Shown here piece by piece: positions 54,061 through 64,000 of a stretch of DNA of 64,000 nt. How positions within the stretch are numbered: the stretch's first letter is position 1; the number at the start of each line of letters is the position of its first letter. Made by a program: the position numbers and the translations under genes. The notes beneath the pieces are model-generated. The model searched no databases. It had not been told where the DNA came from and saw only the letters and a list, made by a program, of their open reading frames with translations. The stretch is from Octopus vulgaris (taxonomy: Eukaryota): NCBI GenBank assembly GCA_951406725.2, contig CATOCA020000016.1, forward strand, positions 1-64,000, in the 5' to 3' direction.

Positions 54061-54439
54061 AGATAATTCTAAAAATATTTTGAAAATTTAATCCAATAAC
54101 AAAAAGTATGTTGTTATTATAGTCACCTTATAATCACATTCTACTGAGATATGCGTGACAATTATTTCATATTCAGTTACATTTCCCGCAATTTAATATC
54201 CCATTCTGTTTATTGTTACAGACTTTCAAAAAAGAAAGTATTCTTTGTGAATCTATCGTGTGTGAAGTTTCTGTTTCTGATTGGAACCCCAGAGATTTCT
54301 GCACTGGAAGAGCCTGGTTAAGAATTATGCATTGATATCGTACTATCGTACACATTGTACTGATGCTTTGCAGCATGTTACAGAGGATGTTTAAATGATA
54401 CACAAAACAACGAAACACCGCAAACGCTAAGAACAAGAT

Positions 54440-54845
54440 GCGCAGGAGTGGCTGTGTGGTAAGTAGCTTGCTTACCAGCCACATGGTTCCGGGTTCAGTC
54501 TCACTGCGTGGCACCTTGGGCAAGTGTCTTCTACTATAGCCTCGGACCGACCAAAGCCTTTTGAGTGGATTTGGTAGACGGAAACTGAAAGAAGCCCGTC
54601 GTATATATGTATATATGTATGTGTGTATATGTTTGTGCGTCTGTGTTTGTCCCCCCAACATCGGTTGACGACCGATGCTGGTGTGTTTACGTCCCCGTAA
54701 CTTAGCGGTTCGGCAAAAGAGACCGATAGAATAAGTACTAGGCTTCGAAAAGAATAAGTCCCGGGGTCGATTTGCTCGACAAAAGGCGGTGCTCCAGCAT
54801 GGCCGCAGTCAAATGACTGAAACAAGTAAAAGAGCAAAAAGAGAG
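54440..54845 (+). mobile_element. SINE family A, full length
   Basis: Colinear with the other copies. Confidence 0.92.
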
Positions 54846-55237
54846 TATGACTACCACTTCACTAGCCTTTAAATATTTGTCTGGGCTCAATGACCCACAC
54901 GTTGTCGTATAGCCTATTTGATTGGTTAAACCCTTGAAACAAACTCCTAAATCTTTCAGATTCAATAAGAAGCCGCAAGTCACTGAAGAAAATAAAATTA
55001 GATTGAATAACTCTTCGGAATGAAAGCTAGTCTATGGCATTTTGTATAAAAACGCTATATTTCGCATTGCGAGACTAAGCCTGGTTTAGAACTCAATATC
55101 ACGATGCTTCAGAATGAATCGTTAGTAGAGTACAGAGCATTAATAAGAAAATAAGATGACGAAGGAATTAACGATAGTCGCAGGATCTTCATTAGTTTAC
55201 AGCAGTTCCCATCACAAGATGCAGTGGACACATGATT

Positions 55238-55961
55238 GAGTGCCAGCGTAAAGTCTTAAAGCTTCATGGAAGCCTCAAGTGTGGGGCGTAATTTACTTGG
55301 GAAACGAATTATATTTAAATGCAATTCTTTTCCTCAAATAAATTACACTCACTTATGAGTCTACAGCATCTTATGGAAGAAGACACAGTTGTAAGCTAAT
55401 GAAGTTTACTTCTTTGTCATCTTAGTTTCTTATCTCGTCGCTGACACGTGACGTAAGAGAATCTATCTTTCTGCCCATTACCTCCCTAAAAACAACACGT
55501 GCTCATAAGTTCGTCTTCCTTGCGTTCATAATAACTTTTCTATCGTCTTGACTTAACAGCCCTCACCGTTTGTTTTTACTGTTTTGTTCTCACTGTCCTG
55601 TTCTTGTTACCACTTTCACCCTCCACAAAAAATCCCAAATTTTATTTAATTTGCTTTGCGGGAAGGACTGTTTCAATGAAGTCGCATATTGTCCTTGCCT
55701 TCTTAACGCGGAGTTGACGAAACAGGGACAACTGAAGAAGGAGAATATTCTTTATGTTGCATGTCTCGTTTTTCTCTTTGCTTTTTTTTTCGTTGTTCGA
55801 AAAAAAAAGTTCGTTTTTAAGTTTTTGTTTTTATGTTTTCGTTTCTCCTTGTGTTCAACGATTTTTAGATGTCCTGTACCCATATATGCATGTATGTATA
55901 CATATATATGTAGGTATGTACATATATGTATGTGTATATGCATATATTTATACGTTATTTT

Positions 55962-56009
<48 letters not shown>

Positions 56010-56114
56010 TATCATTATAATTAATTACAATTTTAATAATTAATTATTACCTTTGAGGTTTTTATTCTCATGTTAGCCACATGATAAGATCGGTATTTTA
56101 AATAACGACCTTAT

Positions 56115-56155
<41 letters not shown>

Positions 56156-56358
56156 AAACTAAGATGACAAAGAAATAAATTTAAAGAAATAAACTGCATT
56201 AGCTTACAACTGTTTCTTCCATAAGATACAAGAGACTCATAACTGAGTGTAATTTATATGGGAAAAGAATTGCATTTAAAAATAATTCTTTTTCCAAATA
56301 AATTACACCACATATTCAAGACTTCCATGAAGCTTTAAGACTTTAAACTGGCACTCAA
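55238..56358. repeat. Inverted pair of a ~200-bp repeat (55238-55433 and 56152-56358), with a third diverged partial copy at ~55148-55242
   Basis: aaagtcttaaagcttcatggaag/cttccatgaagctttaagacttt and tctttgtcatcttagtttctta/taagaaactaagatgacaaaga. Confidence 0.85.
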
Positions 56359-58192
56359 TGATGAGGAACACATAATTCATTGATAGCTGCAGTTATATCA
56401 ATGATAAAGTAGATATATTAACCAGAAAACTACTTATATGTAGTTAAGTTAACTGCGTAAAGTGTGTAGTTAAATCAGTATATGTGTATATATGCGTATG
56501 TATTTAAACAGACGCACAAACAAACACGATAAGACATATAAATGTAGGTCTCTTACGTAAAGTAAAACAGTAACGCTGATATTTTCTTTAATCCACTCAT
56601 CAGAGCATGGAAAGAAGTTTCATATAAATCTGGGTAACAGACAACAAAAACTCGAATAGAGTAAACCTTTACATTCGAAGATTTCCTAAAGGTTACCTAA
56701 CAAATGCAACTGTATAATTTTATGATGATTTGGCTGGTATTTCCAGAACGTCGAGCGATAGTTTATCCCTGCTTTTGCTTTTGTTTTAACTTCATGTATT
56801 ATTTTTGGCTTTTATTATTATTTCCATAATAATAATTCCTAGCATTTTCAGCGTTGTCTTTGCAGGAGTCACTCGTTCTTTTTAATAGTTCTATTGCCAT
56901 TTAACATTCCAAATATAATGCACAGTTGATTGGAATTCATCATTAACTGAGCAATAACCATATATATATATATATACATACATATATCAAGAGGAAAGGA
57001 AATAGATAAATAGAGAGTTAATCAGAAAGATAGTCAAAGAAATAAAGCCAATGCAAGATAGTGGAAAAGGGTCATAGCTAACTTACTAGATAGAAAGATA
57101 GATAGAAAGATAGATTTAGAGGATGAGAGAGCGAGCAAGAGAGAGAGAAAGAGATAGAGAGAGAGGGAGGGAGAGAGAGAGAAAGAGAGAATAGTGGAGA
57201 GGCTGAAAGAAGAGGAACAGTCGTTAATTTATACATAAACATTTTTAACGCTGCATTAATTTCTAAGTGCTACTTTATTTAATACAACATTACGCCATTC
57301 AAGTTAGAACTATATTTTAAACTCAGCCTTCCTCACTCCTTTATGTTAGAAACCACTGACTTGATTTTTGTTTTGTTTTTAGTTTTTAATCAGCACCAAT
57401 ATCTATTAGTAGAAAGCCATCATTTTACAAGACGAATGGCGACTGTTTCCGCTGGATTCAACATGGTAGACAAGCTTACCGTAATTGACTGTTAACAGCC
57501 GCCATTATTATCAAACAAGACTTTAGTACAGATAATCTGGCACATATATGAAATGTTTCTCTCACTGCAATGGCAGCGTCGGTTGCCACGCTTGTTGAAC
57601 GAAAGACATAAAAATGCCGGTGAAATGTGTTATTGAAGCTATGAAACAGTCAAACTTCAGACACTTATTGTTACGGATTTTATGTTAAATGTAAACCGGT
57701 TTTATTTCAAACACTTCGCTCAAGTCGATGATGGATGACTGCAATTAGCTAATAAACATATCAGCTACACATCTCAACAAGACAGCTAGCTCTCTTACGT
57801 TATGTTAAGATCGGCGGAAGTTGCATTTTATACAGAAACATAATGTTAGTTACTCTACCTGCTTTTAAATTTATCTCGAGTAGCATACACACGTTTTGTT
57901 TTATGAAAAATCCTTCAGTAATTTTGAATTTCGTAAAGTATTTACATTAATATACACACAAACATTTATATCAAGTATATGCATAAAAAATATATGTAAG
58001 TAGTTTACATAGGCATGTATATATGTATTTATATATATTACATGTATGTATACATATATGTTCATGTATATGTACATATACATGTGCAAATATAAACGAG
58101 TAAATATTTAAGCAAACACGCATATTATTATGTATGTATATATACATATGCAGATGTATGTATGTATGTATGTATGTATGTATGTATGTATG

Positions 58193-58224
<32 letters not shown>

Positions 58225-60054
58225 TGTATGTATGTACGTACGTATGTATGTATGCATGTATGCGACACCTCATAGGCTACTTCTGGGTCAAAAATGTCAA
58301 AACACTGATACCCCTAAATCCATTGCTCCAGTGATCCGAGTACGTTATGGACACATTATAATCGTACAAGAGAAAAATTCTTCTTTGACGCACTGGACAA
58401 CGATTTGCGTACTTAGGTTCTGCTATATGCTATGTCAACGATCTATTACATCAATAAATCATGTCACTGAAACTCCCAGCAGCTCTGAATTCTTATATTT
58501 TAAAATGTTAAAATATTTGGTAGAAGGCTACAATCGATTAAATCAGTCACCAGCACATCACTGGTATTTACTTCATTGCCTTCAAGAAAAATTAAAAGCA
58601 AATTCGATCTAGCGGCATTTGAACTGCTCAAAACGCAAAGACACATGTCCATACATGGCAGAATATTGTGTTTTAGCTCAACAATTCAGGCAATCCACAA
58701 CTCATAGATGTGCTATACTCGATGTAATCGACATAAGTGCATTCATGTATAAGAGAACAATAACGTTGCCCCATGACCTGCCATAAATACTATCCGAATC
58801 TTCCTCATATAACTTTGTAGTTTTAAAAAAGGGAAGGCTACGTAGATTAATGTGGTTCTGGGCAAATAGAAAAACGAGACTGTCAAGGTTTGGAATTGAA
58901 CTACTTTGATCTCATAGGTCTGCTTCTCGATTAGTCCAGATCTGGAGCTAAAGAACAACTCCGACAGTTAGAACATATTTTAGCAATCTTGGAAGAGTGG
59001 AATCTGCAGAGGTTTGAATTCTAGAAATAGAAGGATGAATTTGAAGTAAATAAGGCATGAACCAAATGATTTATTATCTTATAGCTTTACCACCAACTTG
59101 CCATAAGTTTGAATCACAACGTTACACTCAAGTCATTCTCCGAAATTGTAACGATATCGTTAGGTGAACGAACGCATCTAACCCAAATCAGCGTCCATTT
59201 TGATCAAAATACCTTATTCACGATTGTCAGATATCAGCATGCGATTTGTTCACTGAAATTACAAAGTCACTGGCTTGTTTAGAATTACTGGGTCCTAGTA
59301 CGTCTGGGTGACGAGAAGCAAAATGTCGAAACACCAGTGTGTCAGAATCCCTTCTGCCAGTGAAACGAGAGAGTTATGAACAAATTGTCGTCGGACGCAG
59401 GAGAAGTTCTCCTGTGTTGCATATAGCAAGGACTTGCATACTTGCGCTCGAGTCTGCTGGAATGTATAAATAAAATTCTTTTATTAATATGAATAGAAAT
59501 AAAAGAAAATATATAAGTCATCGTTTCACATCTCACCCTACACAGGGCAAATAACAATTTTTTGCCTTATAAATAATCAAATAGCAATTACTCGAAATGT
59601 CTCTTGTCAAAATGTCTAGATTGACAACTGAAATGTCCAGCTCCTTAGATTCACAAATTAGTGGACAGTTTACTTGCGATATTTAGAGAGGCAGCTACAT
59701 TATTATCAAAACAGAAGTACTTTTAAGCATTTTCATTGAAATACAATAATGGAAAACAAGAGTATGGTCAGATAAAGGTAGAATGCAGTGACATTCACCC
59801 ATCGTTACATACATCCATTTACGTAGCAGGTACGTTGATGCTAGCTCTCTATCTCCAGAGGTAGCAACTTTTGTTAGCTTGTGAAACGATATTGCGAGTG
59901 ACTAGGTAAACAGTTACAGAAATAGATAGGAAGTTTGAGTTCCAAAAAGATAGAGACAGGCATGCTAGAAAGGTATGGAGATAACAAGATGCTGTAATTG
60001 AAAGTTAGGTGGAATAGAAAGATAAGGAGATAAGTGAATGAATGAATGATATAT

Positions 60055-60188
<134 letters not shown>

Positions 60189-60273
60189 ATGTGCGTATAT
60201 ATGTATATATGAACATATGTATTTATATATGTATATATATGTATATATGTATTTATATATATATGTATAAATG

Positions 60274-60313
<40 letters not shown>

Positions 60314-60404
60314 TATATATGTATATATGTACATATGTAGTTATATATGTATATATATATGTATATATATGTATATATGTATTTATATATATATATATGT
60401 ATAA

Positions 60405-60442
<38 letters not shown>

Positions 60443-60469
60443 GATACTTATCATATATACATATGATAC

Positions 60470-60537
<68 letters not shown>

Positions 60538-60828
60538 GAGAGAGGGGTTGAGAGAAAGAAAGTGAGAGAGAGTACGGTAAAGATACGTAAATCACACTCG
60601 CTCACATATACAAACATCTGTGTATATGTATACATTCATTTATATTGCATGTATGTACGTATGTAAGTATTTATGTATGCATGCATGTATGTATGTAGGT
60701 ATAAACAAACAGAAACGCAAACATAAAAATTCATGTATATACATACATCGACATACATTTGTAGTTGTACCTACATTCATACACGTACATAAAGACAGAC
60801 ACACATGCATACATACAGTCACACACAT

Positions 60829-60876
<48 letters not shown>

Positions 60877-61735
60877 TTGTTATATATATATTTATATATT
60901 ACATGCACACATACATATGTTATGTTATACATATATGCATACACATATTCATACATATATACATATATGCATGATATATATATATATATACATACACACA
61001 CATATACAAATTAAATATATATAAATTAAGCACACACACACTCACATATATATAAATACGCACACACACACACACACTATCAAATATGATCAGTTTTATC
61101 GCTTAACTGAACTAAAAATGCACTGCATAGGTTTATGTGTGCTTATCTACCATACGTACATACATGTATGTGTGCGAATGTATGTATATAAACACACACA
61201 CACACGCACACACACACACATACACACGCACACACGCACTTCATACATATACAGAGTGAATCAGGCAGTGGTGGTGGTGGTAGACGGAATCACTAGCCTA
61301 CATTTTAAATCCATCCATCATGATTCATCAAGCGATTCATAAATATATTGACATACACGAACAATGTCTTAGCTAAGAATTAATTGATTTTCACCGTGGA
61401 GCGCATTTCGCTTATTTCTGCTAATTGGAAAATCAGCTCTTTAATACGCTTTCCTGCAGCAATTAATCGATCCAGGAACAGATATAATAATCCAGGTAGT
61501 GAAAGCTATCAACACAAAATTTGTTGATGTTATTAGATATTGTTGCTAGAAACACAAGCGCTAATATCATACTGCTTAATCTTAACGTGTTCATGTGTGT
61601 TTTATTTATTTACTTAATTATTGTATGTATTTACTTATTTACTTATTTATTGTTTTGTGAACGAATGGGTAACCTACATCAAGTCATCGGTATATAAATA
61701 TTACGCTCGAGCACTCGTGCAAAGCACACAAACGC

Positions 61736-61970
61736 TGGCGAGCTGGCAGAAACGTTGGCACACCGGACGAAATCCTTAGCAGTATTTCGTCTGCAGTAAC
61801 GTTCTGAGTTCAAATTCCACCGAAGTCGACTTTGCTTTTCATTCTTTCTTGATCTATAAATTAAGTACCAGTTACGAACTGGGACTGGGGCCAATGTAAT
61901 CGATTTAATCCGTTTGTCTGTCCTTGTTTGTCCTCCCTATGTTTAGGCCCTTGTGCGCAATATAGAAATA
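61736..61970 (+). mobile_element. SINE family B, full length
   Basis: ggcgagctggcagaaacgtt..gagttcaaattccaccgaagtcgactttgcttttcat..aaattaagtacca. Confidence 0.85.
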
Positions 61971-62172
61971 ACAAACCTGTGCTTTTACATACTTCTATGT
62001 ACATATCATATATATAGGGAGGGAAAGAGAGAGAGAGAGAGGAAGAGGTAGACAAACTGGAGAGAGAGATAGGGGTAGAGAGTGGAGGGCAAGATGCATG
62101 CATACGCTACTCTGAGGCTTGCATGGTGACACGGTGACTGCGTGCATGTGTCTATGTATATGCATATGCATT

Positions 62173-62253
<81 letters not shown>

Positions 62254-62841
62254 ATGTGTATCTAACTATCTACATATATACATACATATAAGTGGGATGA
62301 CCACTACGTGGACATCCATTATGCTAGAAGTAGTTCCGCTATGGTCTTACCACTTAGAAAGAAATGTTATCACGAAAATTTAGCAAATGCCAGAAAGTTA
62401 GCGAGCAAGACAAATGAAAAGAAACAAAATATAGAAATAATCATAAACTAATTTCGCTATTACCACTTACGCAAATTACTTACGTAATTGTCCGTAGCTC
62501 ATCAGTATGATCGTCATTGCAAATATAACTTGAAGAACTATACACGAGACTTCTGCATAAGATTGAACATGTATACAGTTCTACCAATTACACTTGGGGT
62601 TATCTTTCAAAAGTCATCGTTTTGGCGCGCTAAAATTCTGGAAATAATTATGGAGAAAACAATTCTCTGCAGTAAATTTTGCCGGTTAGAGAACATAGTT
62701 ATTTAAACTTAAATTTAAAATAATAAGGGTGAAAATTTGAATATTAATTTGATTAATATTAACTTAAAACTAGTGGTGTGGCATATTAAAATCTGAAGAT
62801 TCAGAAAAATTATATTACATACATATATACGTATATATCTG

Positions 62842-62927
<86 letters not shown>

Positions 62928-63620
62928 CATGTATGTGTGCATGTATGTGTGTGTGCGCGCGCGCGTATGTGCAAGTGTGTGTGCGTGTCTGTGTGAGTGC
63001 GTGTATGTATGTGCGTGCGTGTGAGCATGTGTGTATATGTGCATGCATGTGTGTGTTCGTGTCTGTGCGTGTGCATGTATGTGTGCGTGCGTATGCGTGC
63101 ATGTGTGCGTGCGTATGTGCTTGCATGCGTGTGTGTATTTGTGTGTGTGTGTGGAATTTAGAAATCTCCAGGATTTGAAAGAATCAGTTATTTAAATAGT
63201 AAAAGCACTAAGCTAGAATTGGTGAGAGCGCATCTGTATACCAACAATGTATACTGACATATACGTACTAACTGAATTAAATACGGACTTGCCCTTCCAG
63301 TTATGCAGGCATTCACAAGTAATTAACCGAATATACAACGTGACATCAAAGTCATACCAAGGTTCCCCTACTGCACGTAATCCACTTCATATCCAAACGC
63401 ATGGAAGGCTCCGAGTTAGTTGAAGAATAAGCAGTAACACAGTTGGGTTGCGTTTCACTACAGATGTTTCAGACGCGTTCTTTATTGATGAACAAAATTG
63501 TGAATACAGGTAAGAATTAACAATAAGAAGTTCCCGCAAAACTGGGCAGAGTGCTGCGCAGACGGTATTCGTTTGCAATTTTCAACTGCCAATTTTAGGC
63601 ATTATTTTTTACTTTCGTTG

Positions 63621-63659
<39 letters not shown>

Positions 63660-64000
63660 TACGCGTCGCGGTGCTCTGAACCATAAAGCTAAACCGCTCA
63701 CACCACAAATTCTTCTGCAAATTTAAGATATATATTTATATATATAGAAATCTCGCTTTATGAGACGCTATCATATGTTAAATTCAAACTACGATGAACG
63801 CAAACAAACAAACAAAGTTTGCTTTAGAAGCGTTGAGATGTCTTAGAAAGTGAAAGAAGGGATTTTAAATTCTCAAACGCAGGATAATGCTAATAATATA
63901 GCCTGAACAGGATATGCTACTATTTTGCGGTAAAAGTGTTGGCGGCCGGCTATTTCAAAATGTGACCTCGTGTGTACCGTTGGCGATTTTTTTTCCTCTG

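Noticed and set aside
57400-59900. Complex sequence possibly from ancient LINEs or exons (also 40500-41170)
   Set aside because: No recognisable motif or sustained reading frame

Overview
AT-rich, microsatellite-saturated animal genomic DNA, most likely an octopus/cephalopod (inferred from the repeat families and microsatellite load). No host protein-coding exon could be supported, and nearly all ORFs in the track are translations of microsatellites. The window is a mosaic of mobile elements: a full-length decayed Tigger/pogo transposon, two mariner relics (one internally inverted), a MITE, a young 5'-truncated CR1/L2-group LINE with an open RT frame, a Tx1/L1-like 3' end inside (TATC)n, R4/Dong-like fragments beside (TAA)n, Penelope-like (PLE) RT and GIY-YIG fragments, three tRNA-derived SINE families, and U6 and 28S rRNA fragments. 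The strongest signal is a set of six sequence-unrelated short non-coding inserts in or beside (TA)n tracts. Each carries a type I hammerhead ribozyme fold, mostly with a palindromic, nearly loop-less stem III, and several are arranged as fold-back palindromes or ~460-bp tandem units. They look like a diverse population of (TA)n-targeting PLE pseudo-LTR/retrozyme-like elements with several catalytic-core variants. All folds were derived by eye and need confirmation.
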